Shown: one piece after another, positions 48,082 through 62,723 of the stretch
Layout of the letters: every line of letters starts with the position of its first letter
Numbering within the stretch: the first letter of the stretch is position 1
NCBI GenBank assembly: GCA_010093605.1
Contig: MU004185.1
Location: 1,695,334-1,759,333, forward strand
Reading direction: 5' to 3'
Length of the DNA stretch: 64,000 nucleotides
Origin: Lophium mytilinum
Taxonomy: Eukaryota
Made by a program: the position numbers and the translations under genes
Notes under the pieces: model-generated
Told to the model about the DNA's origin: nothing
What the model saw: only the letters and a program-made list of their open reading frames with translations
Databases searched by the model: none

Positions 48082-48840
48082 CTACTCCATGCCCTCTAGC
48101 AGGTCCAGCAGTCTCTTTAACCGAGTGGCTCTTTTGGCCTGCTCGTCGTCGGGCTCTTCTCTTGCTGCACGGTCGTCCCCGCCCATTAGCAGCGCGACGA
48201 GCGCCCGCAGTCGGTTGCACTCAGTCTTGAGCACGGCATTTGCTGACTCCATGTCCTCGGATTTCTTTGTCAGGTCTTGGACTTTGACTTCGAGTTCCCG
48301 AATTTTCGCTTCTTTCCTTTCTCTGAACGCTCGTTGGCTTTGGCGATTTCGCTCTCGACGCTTCTGTGGCTCTGGTCAGTGCTGGTTCATGTGGGGAGAT
48401 AGTATTTCGCGATCTAGGGGCCAAAAGGGCAGGCAGCTGCGTTACTAACAGTGAGTAACAGCATAAGGCACTTACCTCGGTCACTATCCCGTCAATAGTG
48501 CTAGCGTGTTGCTCGTCTATTCGCTCGGAGGTAGCACTAGTCGTATCCGACATAGTTCGAAATGGGCTCTGCAGTGATTTCCCAAAGGGCTGGGCTTCCG
48601 AACCGCTGCCAGAGAGCCCTTCTGAACTCTCTGATCCTTGTCGTGAAGACAGTGAGGGGTATGGGAGTCCCTAGCCATCGTCTATCAGCAATGAACCGCG
48701 ATCAGGCCATGAATACGTACCTGTGAGGAATTGCTGATAGCCTCGTAAGGATACTGTGAGTGCATGCCGAGGGGTGCTCCACTTGTGGATAAGAAACCGC
48801 TTGAGACTGGCCAGGGGCCTGAGTAATAGGAGGTCATCAT
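48082..48840 (-). CDS. Small bZIP transcription factor with a YAP/AP-1-like basic region (3 exons)
   Basis: Manual splice 48840-48721, ~48671-48476, ~48363-48082 gives KRRERNRQSQRAFRERKEAKIRELEVKVQDLTKKSEDMESANAVL. Not recovered intact by the ORF track. Confidence 0.85.
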
Positions 48841-49518
48841 TGAATATGTCGTGCAGTGAGATGATGGGTTAGATATCGAAGAATTCCGTCTGGATCGAGC
48901 GATAGAAATACAATTCTCAAAAGCAGGTATAATATGCTAGGCTAAAGGAGTAAAGGACACGGAATGCTGACTTACGGGAAGTTGCCGCCGGTCTTTATAG
49001 GACGCGAAGGTTCCCACTTAGATAGTCTGGAGAGCATTCTCCTGCATTAGAAACGCCAAGCGTTACTCAACATGACTAGCGGAATATGCACTGCTAAGAT
49101 GCATGCTTTGTCCAAAACGATGAATTAGCAAGCACCTACCCAGTAGAGCTCCAGTTATGAGCCACTGACGTCGGGGTGGTATGTTCAGTCCCGGTGCTAC
49201 TGTTGCAGGCTTCTATGCCGCCAGCCTATACACGTACAAGGCTTAGCGAGTTTGCGTCAACGATTACGCTGCAACCCGTATTCTCGCTATCGTTGATGTT
49301 GCGATACCACGGCGGTATGAGGAGGAACCAGTGAGGGACACGCCTAGAGGCCTGACAAAAACCCCAGTTCATTCTATTCATGGAGAATGCCGCCAATTTT
49401 GGGCCTCTTTGGGAGAGTACAGCCGTTGGGGTAGATTGTATTCGCGCAGGAGGCTGTCTGACGTCTTTCAACTGGTCTTCTTGATGGTGAGAAGTCGGGA
49501 CACAGCATGGTTCGTGAT

Positions 49519-49554
49519 ATCTGACGGAGATCTGACGGAGATCTGACGGAGATC
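49519..49554. repeat. 11-bp perfect tandem repeat (ATCTGACGGAG)x3 in the bZIP / formate oxidase divergent promoter
   Basis: Directly visible: atctgacggag atctgacggag atctgacggag atc. Confidence 0.85.
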
Positions 49555-50439
49555 ATCTGGAGAAAAAGAGGTCCGAACGGCCTCCGGTTCCGAATAGCGG
49601 CCGAGATAAGATTGCTCCAAATCTGCCAGGTTCAAAATGTTTCGAGAAAAAAGCCCCTAGTTGACACAGTACAGCCTAGTATTTGCCGATTTGAATCTCG
49701 GAGCTACTCATTATCCCCGGGGGCACACTAGGTTTCCAACCGTTAGTCTGTATCCATAAATAATGCAGGGCTCTAAAACTCCAACGTCGTTGCACACATC
49801 ACCAATTGTTGACTCCTCGGAGCATTCCACGTAGCCCAGGCCCGATATAGGCCTTAGAGAATTGCTTGAATGTAGCTCAGTGCCCGATCATCTCTCATCC
49901 CTGGTGTCAACCACGGCACCACCCGAATCCGAGCCATAACCACCGCGATATTTCCACGTCACATGCCACGCACCCAGACACGCATACCACTGCCTCTTCA
50001 GACACTGACACAGCAGCTGGCGATATTATCTTATGCCTCCCACAGGCTGCTCGCCGTGCGTTGCAGCTGAGTCACCCACTTCCCCAGACGCCTCCCTGTC
50101 ACCCTGCGCCGGCCATCGCCGGACCGGGCTTGTTCTTGGCCTCAAGCCTGCTTAGATATTCGAAGAAATATCACGCCCGATTCTCGCGCACCCTCACCCT
50201 TGCGCAAATCATTCTCCTTCTTCTTGTTCCCCTGCACAGTGCCCGCATGCCGTCACGCTTACGTTCTCTCTTTGAACGTCTCTATGGTTTGCCAACCCTC
50301 CGTGGCTTCACAACGTAAGCTTCATGGGCCCTTGCCGGGCTTCCGATGGACCCATTTCGGTGCCGAGATTGTAGGGAATGTGCTGTGTCTCCAACGGTGG
50401 AATTGATATAAATATGGGTGTGGTCCCGCACGAGGGTAG

Positions 50440-52580
<2,141 letters not shown>

Positions 52581-53838
52581 TTGGAAAAAGTCTTCCTTAT
52601 TTACGGCTTGGGGTAGAGAATCTTGTCGATCGATCTAATGAACCTTGAACTTAGCTCAGATATTAATGTTCCATACCAATATGAATTGTGTTACCTTGAA
52701 GTCTGGCTTGTCAGGGCCTTGATGGGGACTCCCTTTTTGAAGCTAACGACTTCAACGTGCTAGTTTGGCAAATACTCATAGATATACCCCGTAAGCCTCG
52801 GAATTCGAAGCCAGCTGTCCGGGCCTACATTGCCTAATAGTCTCTAGGAATCTCGGGGGCACATGAACGTTAACACACAGCTTGTGTTCTTGTGCAAGGA
52901 AGTGAACTCGTAAGTCTAATCGCCCTTGTGCAACGCGCGTGGGTATCGCTGTCACACGCCGCTGACCTCCCAGTCGTCGCGACCACGGCTACGAGCCTGC
53001 ACTTTGTTCAGCCAGGCTAGGAAGCGGGGGCGGTATTCACTTCGTGCACCCAAATGTAACAACGAGCTCATCTCTACCATAGTAGCCCGTCACACGAAAC
53101 CCCCTCGAGCACGCATATATGCTTGAACACATAGTTTCTCCCTAAAGCATAGACTCACCATGCACGCCGCTTTCACGGTTCAATTACACCCCAACGCAGG
53201 TTCCTGGAAAAAGCCCCGCCGAAAACAGACGTTTGTGACGCCGTTTTGTGAGGGCCTTTTCTAGCTATACCAAGAGTAAAGCCGCAGCCTCGCGTAAGCG
53301 CGCTAAGGCTCCATCTAATAGTAAGGTTTAACCCTACTAGGTGATATTTAGTAGGAGAGTTGCCGACCATATAACTAGCATGAGCATATACGCGTCCCCT
53401 TGTTTCGCCCCCGTCAGTCTAAAGGGGAGGAGATGGCTAAATAGATGAAAGGTGAATGTCGGTAGCCAAATGTGGAGATCGGATGACCGGGTGGTGAAAG
53501 CTTGTGGAGAGCCGCACCGCCACGTGTGTCGATCATGTAGTAGGATAAAATTGCTGTTTTCCGGGAGCAGCACCCTCAGACTCGAGTCAAGTGAGAACGG
53601 AGAAGATTAACATTGTTTTCATGATACAGAAACGAAAGTATAATATGTAAATATGGTGGTAGGAATCGTGATGTGTGTAGTTCGACAAGCAGTCGGAGAA
53701 GGAATTGTCTTGCTATAGGTAGGACGACCAGGTGTCCCCCAAATGTCGGCAGCTAGCCTTAGAAGCCCCGAGGCTTAGTAAGCTCAAATACCACGTGATC
53801 CAACCCCAAAGACATGCACATGTCCCTGAACCACAGAC

Positions 53839-55248
53839 CTAAAATTTCGCAGCCTTACCAAGCTGAATTAGATCATCTAGCACCTTAGAAACGTCGTCAC
53901 AATCCGCCAAGTTCATAACAGCATTCTTGACTTTGTCGTCCTTATCCTTCAAAGATAAGGCTTTGAGAACCGTCGCGTACTTGTCCTCAGCAGCCTGTTG
54001 GTAACCATCGTCACCTGGAAGACCTGGGTACCCTGTGACAGTAATGTTGACAAGTTCGTCGCCGATGTTGAACGTCATATAACCAAGGAAGTATTGAAGG
54101 TCATCAGAGATGGACACCGTCTTGATATTTCGTGTAAGATCTTGCGCAATCGGGTTGGCTACCAATGCGTCGTTAAATTCCAGCGGGTTCCGCATGTCGA
54201 CGACAAGTGGAGCTACGATATCAAAAGGGATGCTGTACTGAGCCACAGCAAGCGTCGTGACATTCTGGATCCAATTATCGGGGTCAAGAACAGCCGGGCC
54301 AGCGAAGACGGTGATGTTGCTGATATCCGATGGGCTCCAGGTACGACATTGTCGGTACTGGTCAACGGCGTAGACGAACCCGAGGCTTCGAGCATGAACC
54401 GGCAACGTTTTGAGAGTCTGGGCAGAACTCTCCCACTTTTCACCTAAACCGTCGATCAAGAGAGTCGGGTCGGCGTCAAGGGCAAAGGCGCGGAGGTAAC
54501 CATATTCCTGTTCCATGACGTTGAGTGGGCCTTTGATTCCGGCTTTGGCAAGGAATGCAGCTTCAGCACCGAGTTGGCCTCCGCTTGCTGGATGCGTTCG
54601 TCGTGTTTCTGCTTCGGTATGGAGCCACGATGAAAGACCGGCTGAATTGGATGCCGCAAGACCCATGGCCGAAGCGATCATTTCGGCATCCCAACCCATC
54701 AAGTTGCCAACTGCAGCAGCTGTAGCTGGAGGGGCATTGATCATGGCATGGAACGCTGTCTCTTTCTCTACCACCTCAGAAGTCTCGGAAAAGCCGACAG
54801 TAGCGAAACCAATACGAGTCGCGTACTCGTATCCAATAGCCATCGCTGAGAGAAACTCTTTTCCGGATTTGTGGTTCGCGGCCGCGACGCAAAGTAGTGC
54901 GGGAAATACTCCCGAAGCGGGATGTGAGGCGGAAACAACATGTTCGAACTCGAAGGCTGCAGCGGCAAATCCCATCATGTACATCTGGCCCGAAAGTGAG
55001 GTTTGCGTGCCATCAAGAGTAGCGTAGCTGACGTTGCCCCTGCCGCTTCCGTGCGTGATCTTGACGGCCTCAAGTGCAGATTGGTAGATGGGTTGAGCCC
55101 TTCCAGCCAGCATGACGGAGAAGTTGTCGAGCATCCAGATTGATAGGAGGAGCAGAAAGCTCGCAGGTAGGGCCTCGAAGGTAGTATTGGCTGCGAAGGT
55201 GGCCATCTGGGCCGTATAGGAAGTAGCCTCTATCGAGTGGTTCCACAT
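53839..55248 (-). CDS. MmgE/PrpD-family protein (2-methylcitrate dehydratase / cis-aconitate decarboxylase / IDS epimerase fold), divergent and intronless
   Basis: SHPASGVFPALL, SGKEFLSAMAIGYE..RIG, AMGLAAS..AGL, AAFLAKAGIKGP..ME..YGYL, GLGEKWE, KTLPV, AQYSIPF. C-terminal AKF. Confidence 0.85.
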   Translation of the reverse strand: MWNHSIEATSYTAQMATFAANTTFEALPASFLLLLSIWMLDNFSVMLAGRAQPIYQSALEAVKITHGSGRGNVSYATLDGTQTSLSGQMYMMGFAAAAFEFEHVVSASHPASGVFPALLCVAAANHKSGKEFLSAMAIGYEYATRIGFATVGFSETSEVVEKETAFHAMINAPPATAAAVGNLMGWDAEMIASAMGLAASNSAGLSSWLHTEAETRRTHPASGGQLGAEAAFLAKAGIKGPLNVMEQEYGYLRAFALDADPTLLIDGLGEKWESSAQTLKTLPVHARSLGFVYAVDQYRQCRTWSPSDISNITVFAGPAVLDPDNWIQNVTTLAVAQYSIPFDIVAPLVVDMRNPLEFNDALVANPIAQDLTRNIKTVSISDDLQYFLGYMTFNIGDELVNITVTGYPGLPGDDGYQQAAEDKYATVLKALSLKDKDDKVKNAVMNLADCDDVSKVLDDLIQLGKAAKF

Positions 55249-55769
55249 GATGAATGATCCAGAAATGATATGATGGAAGGTGGAAGGTTGTCTCGGTGAC
55301 TGAGTGGATGAGTGGATGAAGCTGATGTGGTCGAACTCTTTTACCTTATATACCGACCCCTAGTCATTGCTTTTGGTAGTCTACCACACACTTACAAGTG
55401 ACAGGCTTCTAATTGCCAGAAGAAATGCTCAGCCCCGCGATTACGTTCCATTTCGCAACCTTCATCATTTTCAGCAAGGCGACCGAGATTCGGCTGCTAG
55501 GGTACCGTTAGCAGCCGATCTACTTGCGCGTATATTGATGCCAAGTCATGTTGGTCCATTCTAGGGCATAAGCACGGATATGAACAAGAAAAACCCCACT
55601 ACGTAGATAACCATATTGAGGGCTAATTGCGACTTGCTACTGGTATAGTCAGAGGCGTAGCAAAAAGTTAGATGAAGAGTGTGTGTGCACAGGAGAGAGA
55701 TCCAAGGTTGGGGGGCTTGGCCTATAGCTGCTGTCGTCAGGGAAAAAGTTACCAGCATTTTTCCAACAT

Positions 55770-56405
55770 TTAGCCGCAACTTGCTGCCAAATGCGCGTAC
55801 TGCGCGGTTTACGCAATAGCTTATAGTATTATTTTCGCAGCGGCAACTTACCGCAATCTATCTAGTACTAATTTTGTATGCGCCTTGGGCGCGTTAGACG
55901 CAAAGTGCTGCACTTGCTGCACTCGCCGCACTCTGCGCATAACGCAGTAAACTGCGCACTCTGCTACAAGCTGCGCACTTCGCAGTAAACTACGCACTCC
56001 GCTGCAAGCTACGCACTCTGCGCATAATGTAGTAAACTGCGCACTCCGCTATAAGCTGCGTACTCTGTAGTAAACTACGCACTCCGCTGCAAGCTATGCA
56101 CTCTGCGCATAACGCAGTAAACTGCGCACTCCGCTATAAGCTGCGCACTCCGCAGTAAACTATGTACTCTGCTGCAAGCTACGCACTCTACTATAGGCTA
56201 CAGTAAAGCGCTGTATTAATATTATATAGTTTAAGCGCGAAATTATTATATTATTAGGTGCTAGTATTAATAGACTAATAATTATTAGAGTATATAAGAT
56301 ATACTATATAAGTAAGCTCTATCTACTATTTATTATATATTTTTAATGCTATAATATAATATAGAATTTTAGATAAAAATATCTAGAATTTTAATAAGAC
56401 TAGCT
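55770..56405. repeat. RIP-mutated repeat remnant: 85-bp (38+47) higher-order tandem repeat x3 followed by a very AT/TpA-rich tract
   Basis: g(c/t)agtaaac anchors at 55944, 55982, 56029, 56067, 56114 and 56152. Copies differ by C/T and G/A transitions; 56215-56405 is nearly devoid of C and G. Confidence 0.8.
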
Positions 56406-56654
56406 ACTACCGACCGGATCCTCAAGTGGGAATCACCGGCTGTCCGTAGTTGGGGCTCTCTACAACAACTGGTAGCATTGACGATGAACTCGCAGCCGCC
56501 TTCGGAATTCGAGAATACGGGTGCGGGAGTCAAGACGAGCGCGGTGTGGAAGCCAAAAGTCAAGGTCAGAGTGGATTCGGAGAATAAGGTACAGATCGTT
56601 GTTAGTGACCGACCGGGGATGTCAAACGTGCTACCGGGAGAAAAGTACACTTGA
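56370..56654 (+). pseudogene. 3' remnant of a fungal membrane-protein gene whose 5' part is lost or RIP-mutated
   Basis: Open frame IKISRILIRLATTDRILKWESPAVRSWGSLQQLVALTMNSQPPSEFENTGAGVKTSAVWKPKVKVRVDSENKVQIVV...* resembles the common fungal C-terminal W.S..ELVALA.NS...NT.AG motif. It runs out of the AT-rich tract with no credible start. Confidence 0.5.
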
Positions 56655-56908
56655 GTGATGGGCGTGGGGTTAGAGACTGGTATGCTTGCATGTAAGAGCA
56701 TGATGCTTTCTTTTCATAACAACGACGGACGATGATGACATGTATATTACCTAATTCTGACACTCTTTTGCCACAGCGTGAGGAGTTTCATAGCAGTTTT
56801 TAGCTTTCCGAATGACAGAGAGTTTCAGCATTTCGGACAGATAGTACACTCCGCAAGACTATCTCATATATTCGACGTGTCTTTGCTACCGACAACCTCG
56901 AACTAGCC

Positions 56909-58167
56909 TCATTCTGAACTCATCCCGGTCCCATTCCCATTCCCACTCCCACTCGTCCCAATAAAAACAACCTGCACAGCCGCAAACCTACACACTCATT
57001 AGTCCAATCCCTGAAACCCCCCTCTCCCCTTCCCTCCAAACCACCACCATGAAAGAAAAGGAACACTCACGCAGCAGTAGCAGCAAAAACCTCCCCCCGC
57101 CTCACCGTCGCGCACCCCGCAAGCAAAAACGCAAACAGCGTATCAAACCCCGCCATAACCCCCAACCTCGCCTTCATACTACTCAGCGAATACAGTATCA
57201 CCACTGACACGACCGGCAGCAACGACGCCGCCACTGCGGTTACGACGGCGGTGACGCGGCAGATCACCGAGCAGCGCTGGAGCTGGGCTTCGAGAACGGA
57301 TTCGCGGAGGAAAGGGAGGGATTTGGAAGTAGTAGTGGTAGTTTTGGGTTTGAAAGAGGGGGCGGGGATGACCGCACGCAGGAGGCGGAAGGGGAGGAGG
57401 AGGTACGAGACGAGTGTTGCGGAGAAGCGGTCTTCGATATTCGCGAGGGGCGCGATGAGGTCGCGGGCTTGGTCGGTGGTTGTGAAGCGGTAGCCCCAGA
57501 TGCGGCAGTCGCGGCCGATGAGGGAGTATTGGCCGCCGGTTGGGCGGGCGAGCCAGTCTTGGAGGGTTCGGAGAGCGGATTTAGAGGGGAGTTGGAGTTT
57601 GGCGAGGGATTGTTGTTGGAGGAGTGCTTCGTCTGGCGTTATCATGTATCAATGTGTATGCTGTGAAGCGGTAGGGCCGGTTGGAAAGGGTTTGGACGTA
57701 CTGTACTCTTTCAATACTCCCCTCATTCTCCTTACAATCCCCCATTGCCGCCCATCCTCATCTTCTTCGCTTACGCTCAACCAAAACCAATCCCGCGCAT
57801 ACATCCGTCTCTTTCCCTTCTCCGTCTGTGCGTCAAGCTTCTCTTGCGCTCTTAACTCGAACTCGAGATGCTTCAATTCAGCTTGTAGATACAGGAGGTT
57901 CTGAATGTTCAGCGCTGTGAAGCGTCGTAGGATGACGGTTTCGGGTGCTAGGCTCATGAAGCCTGCGAGGCGGGGATAACCGGCAACGAGCTCGTCGGCG
58001 GGAGTGTAGCGGGCGGATGTGGGCCCAGGGGGTGCATCGATGGAAGTGTGGGAGGGCGTGGATGAGACATCTGACTTCTCGTCGGTAGAGTCGTCGATTT
58101 GGATGATGAAAGGGGATTCCGTAGGCTGTGCTGGGGCGCATGGCGGATGTGTGAGCGTCGTCAGCAT
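56909..58167 (-). CDS. DUF6594-type fungal membrane protein (3 exons)
   Basis: GYPRLAGFM..PETVILRRFTALNIQNLLYLQAEL, LKEYNEALLQQ, C-terminal TMs, EVFAATAA|FAAVQVVFIG. Confidence 0.85.
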
Positions 58168-58700
58168 TGTATAAATACTTTGATCAAAAATGTGAGTGCA
58201 ATTCTGAACTTCCACAAAGATAGTATGGAAGTGAGGAGGTAAATACTCGTTGGCCTGTACTGAGGGTCAGGAGGCAGTCCGATAGAAGTCAGCCTCGTCT
58301 CGACGGCTTCTTGCATGCAGTGCCAACAGTATTGCCACCTAGGCCAATCGTCCTACCGCCGAGACGCTGCAAAGCCCCCGAGGCGGCTATGACGGTGCGT
58401 GAGACCAGTGTCGTGGGACCGAGTCAATGCCTTGTTAGGTGTAAATGGAACCGATTTCCATCAGAGCAAACACTCTGACGTCAATACTTTGTGGTGCCTA
58501 TGTGTGTGACCTCAAAAACACAAACATGAGGCTGTGCCGAAGCGTACTGCACATATCATGATAACAATGCAGTCTAATTCTTGGTCTACGTACCCTTATA
58601 GCCATAAATCATACCCAGATTACTCGTCTTTTGACTTTCAATTCCGGAACTCCGCAAACTCCAAATTTTCGATGTCCAGGGTGGTAATAATGACCCGTTC

Positions 58701-59860
58701 CTATACCTGGCGTAAGATAGTTCCATGTCTAACCTTTCTAGATACTCCGTCTGGCATATCGACCATCTTGGTCCAATTCCATAGGTCGTTGCTATCAGCA
58801 TACATCACGTGACCGTGGTAGTCGTCTGCCCACCTGTTTATCATCAGAACCTTTTGCACACTTCAACTCTCCCATGAACCAGAATAAATGAACTTACATT
58901 CTCCATCCACCACCCGGCTTCTGCACAACAGCCGGGCCTTCCTTAATGCCCCACCCTGCGAAATCCCCCTTCTGCACAAATTCCCATGGTCCCTCTACGC
59001 TAGCCGCTGCTAGGTGCTCAATGTGCTTTTCGACCTCATTTTTCATGAAGCCGTGGTATGGCGTTGCTTTGTCGCTGCCATTGTAAATCACAAACATGTC
59101 GATATAGGAATCTGCAGGGGTAAGTCCAATGACATCCAGTTGCTTCCCGGGGGTCCACGACTTGAGATCTCTCGAGGTGGCGGTGAAAATGTACGGGGCG
59201 AAGTTGGTTTTCATTTCAAAGTCCGGTTTTGGCTCGATGGGAGAGGGCAGTCGGAGAGAGATGATGATGTGGATGTTGTTTGTTTGCGGATCGCGGAAAA
59301 ATTCCTGAGGTTTGAGATCAATGTGAGGTTCCCGAAGCTGTGAACATATACCGTTCCACTGTAACGGAGGAAGCACATACCGGGGCCCAAGACTGCGCTA
59401 CTCGAGGCTTGTTGTCTTCAACTTTCAGGTCTTCATCTGTCAGCTTTATCTTGATGGTGACCACGTGATCCCAAGTCTTCAAATCTTTGCTCCTGATGAG
59501 AGCAAAGTCATCTCCGTTCCAGCTCGTCGTGTGGACAACATAGTACCAGCCGTCATCATGCAAGATGATGCTAGGATCTCGCAGCAAACTGTTCTCGGGC
59601 ACATAGGCCCCCATCACGTAAGGGGCGAAATGGATTCCATCCGCAGACGTGTAAACATCGAGGGTGCGTTCATCTTTGCCATTCTCACCACCAAAAGTCG
59701 TGAAAATGTAATTGAAGCAAGCTGGAGGCGAATCGCAGATTTGTTGCTCCTTTGCTGCTTTGGGGCCCGACGAAACGAGCGATAGCGGAGAGTTCGGGCT
59801 ATCTCGAAAAGCAACGGTGAGGAAGGAGGACAGCGCAACAACTTCAGAAAGGGAGTCCAT
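58701..59860 (-). CDS. Five-bladed beta-propeller glycoside hydrolase (GH43/GH32-like, arabinofuranosidase-like; 3 exons)
   Basis: LLRDPSII..DGWYYVVHT, SKDLKTW, WAP|EFF, YIDMFV, FMKNE, EGPAVV, SNDLWNW, RHGTILR. Confidence 0.8.
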
Positions 59861-60953
59861 AGTCAGAAAACGGGATCAAATTGATCCAAAAAGGCTTCAA
59901 GAAGCGTGATTCAGGGACTGGGGATTTGTGGATGCGGTGGAACTGGGGGAAAACGAGGAAAAACTCACGCAGGAGCGCAACAGCTAAAACTAATCTCACG
60001 ACGCGCCTTCTACTCCTCCACCGGCCGTACATCGTGAACACGCAATGCCCACGGCACACAGCCAACGCCGCAGTCGATGGCAATCTAGAATAGTCCAATC
60101 GTCCAATGTCAGGGTCTCATCGGATGCAGCGTTCGCCACGCTGTTTGCCGCCAAACGCACGATAGGTACTCAGCTCAGCGCAACGACTCATGCCACTGCA
60201 GAACCTTTACCTCCATCCGCGTGCCTGCATCGTGACCAGCCTCGTGATACGTCGCCTTGGCACAGACGGTGGGGAATTGCTCGATAGAGACGGTCTGGCC
60301 CACCGGATTGCCGAACACGTATCAGGTGGAGACGAGACGGCGTTGTCGTGGCGCACCTTGCATGTAGTGAACGGTGAAAAGACGGTTTGGGGGAATGTGC
60401 AGCGGATGAACTGCGCTTTAAATCGAAAGAGAAGCGAGAATCTGATAGAACGATGGAAGAAAGAAGAAAGAAAGTGGTAAGACAAGGCGAGCCAGGAACA
60501 CGGGCTGACTTGCAAGCGCGACGTGACGACAGTAGCACGTGATGTACATTACTGCGTTCTATTTATAGCATGATGAGAACTGTTCGAGCCGAACACTGTA
60601 TCTAGACAGAGGTTGAAGAGCATGAAAAATGAGATTTGAAGCAAGAGTGTTGGAATCGCAACTCAGAGCGTGGCAGAGCGATATGATTGTCACGGACGTG
60701 AGTCGAGTGCGCATTAAAGCATAAAGGGTCCGTGCGTTCTGCTTAAAGACGCACGGGCCCTTTATGCCTTGATGCGCACTCACGCACTCGACTCGCTTTG
60801 CGAAGTACAACGAATAAGCTAGATATCTAGGGGCAGCGATGTTTGTTTTCCGCGTCGTAGTGTTTTCAACGAGGCAGTATTCGTAGCAGTGGTTAGATCC
60901 ATGAAAGTTTAAGTCTCTCTACATTCCATTGAAATATCGGATTATCGTACCCC

Positions 60954-62723
60954 TTAAGCATTATACCTGCATCCCTTCTCATGTTCGGTATTTCCCCTCT
61001 TCCGAATCCGCACATAGTCCGCCTTGCAAAGCCAGCAGAACTCCCACCTACACCTCGAGCAAGTCATATGATCACATCCATCTTTCTTCTCGATCCACCA
61101 CCCGCATTCCGGTCCGGGACATTGTTTTGCAAACTTTTGAAGAGTCCACTCGCTCCAACGCTCTTGTTCGAGCTGCTCGTGAGTTCGTCGGGACATGCTG
61201 ATGCGGGTATTGTACGCTTCGCACGACTCGTTGGGGTGTGAGGGAACAGGGTCCGGGGAGTCAGGATGATTGGTACAGAAGCTGTGCTGGCATGCGACGC
61301 AATTAAATAAGGGGAAGTGCTCTGGGTCGCCGTGGTGGACTTGACCGGATGTGCAGTTGAGAGAGGGACACCAGAGGAAGTTGGGGATGGTGGAGAGGGC
61401 GGCTCGGGTGGTTAGCGTGTCGTATCTATGTTCAAATGAGTATGCTAGATTTGTAAAAGATAGCTGGAATCACAATACTAACCTCGCAAATGTTTCTGCG
61501 GAAGCAAGACTCTTTATGTCCTCATACTCCAGCTCTCCAGAACATTGGGCGCAAGTGATACGATCGAGACCATTGCTCTCTATGCTCGACGCAATCCAGG
61601 TCTCAAAGCAGTCGCGACAAGTTTGCGAAGGATGATTACAGTGAGATACACGCATGGGAAAATCCCATAATGGTCTCAAATCGCTGCATACTACACATGC
61701 CTGTGACTCAGGCTTGGGAAGGGTGTTTTCGAAGCAGCGTCGCGTTACTGGATTCAACGGTATCAATGGCGCTCCTGTCGATTCAACATCTCTCCAAGTC
61801 GGTACTGCAAAGCCCTGGTGTGGTCCATGAGGTACCCGATCTAGCGGTTGCGCTGAATCCGCTAACTCGGATGGATTTGTGATCAGTGATGTCGGCCATT
61901 CTAGTTGTGACAGAAACTCGTCTGCTGGAAAGAGGGCCGGTAATGACGGTACGTAAGTAAGGTTCGCGTATAGACCCTCGGATGGTGGAGACACACGACG
62001 CTCACCACTTGGAGGACCAGGCGCACCTGTGGAACTCGTGATACTTTCCCACAACTCTGTGTATGTATGTCTCGAAGGTGGTATGGTTTGAACAAGTCGA
62101 TCAGTCTCCGCATTGATTCGTCTGGTCTCCTCATTGAGCTGTAGGGTCTCCTCATTGAGCTGTAGGGTCATCTCATAGAGTGCTCTGATATCCGCCTCGA
62201 TGCTTCCGGTTATAGACTCAATTCTTGTCCTTTCCACTAGGGCGAGTCTGCTCTCAGCATGGCCATGCTCTCTCTCAGGAAAGAGTTGCGTGGTCTCCGG
62301 CTGAAATGTCTCCGCGATGTCGTATAGTGCTTGAAGTGGCTCTAAAGGCGGTAGTGACACTGGGCGACGCTCCTGTGCTGTCTTTCTTCCCAAATCTCCT
62401 CTTGAGGAAGCCAGGCGCGCACGATTCAACGATCGCTGCCCGATAGTATCGATAATCCTCCTACCTGCACCGGCTCCAGATTCTTGCGTGGCTCCATACT
62501 GTGATTCCCTAGCAGAAATGGAGAAGTCTGGCGGGATAGGTGTGTGATCAAATGATTCGAGAAGTCCTGTCGGATACGCAATTGGTGTAACAAAATCCGT
62601 CGTGAGTTCCAATTTCGGTAACCTGTATGTCGGGGTCGGACTTGCGCACTGTATTGTATACGGTGATGGTGTTTGCTGCTCTAATTCGGGCGTATGCTGC
62701 TTTTTGGATAGTGCCTCCGCCAT
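60954..62723 (-). CDS. RBR (RING1-IBR-RING2) E3 ubiquitin ligase; 5' end uncertain
   Basis: RING1 CVVC..CNH..TCRDC..CAQC, intron at ~61427-61482, IBR WCPSLNCTSGQ..CVACQHSFC..H..CREAY, RING2 KQCPGPECGWWIEKKDGCDHMTCSRCRWEFCWLC. Confidence 0.88.

Noticed and set aside
60190..60480. 96-aa + strand ORF
   Set aside because: No motif or splice support; it lies in the GH43-like gene's upstream region.
62124..62170. 21-bp duplication in the RBR gene (and 12-bp QPTG repeats at ~35590)
   Set aside because: Ordinary in-frame slippage in low-complexity regions.
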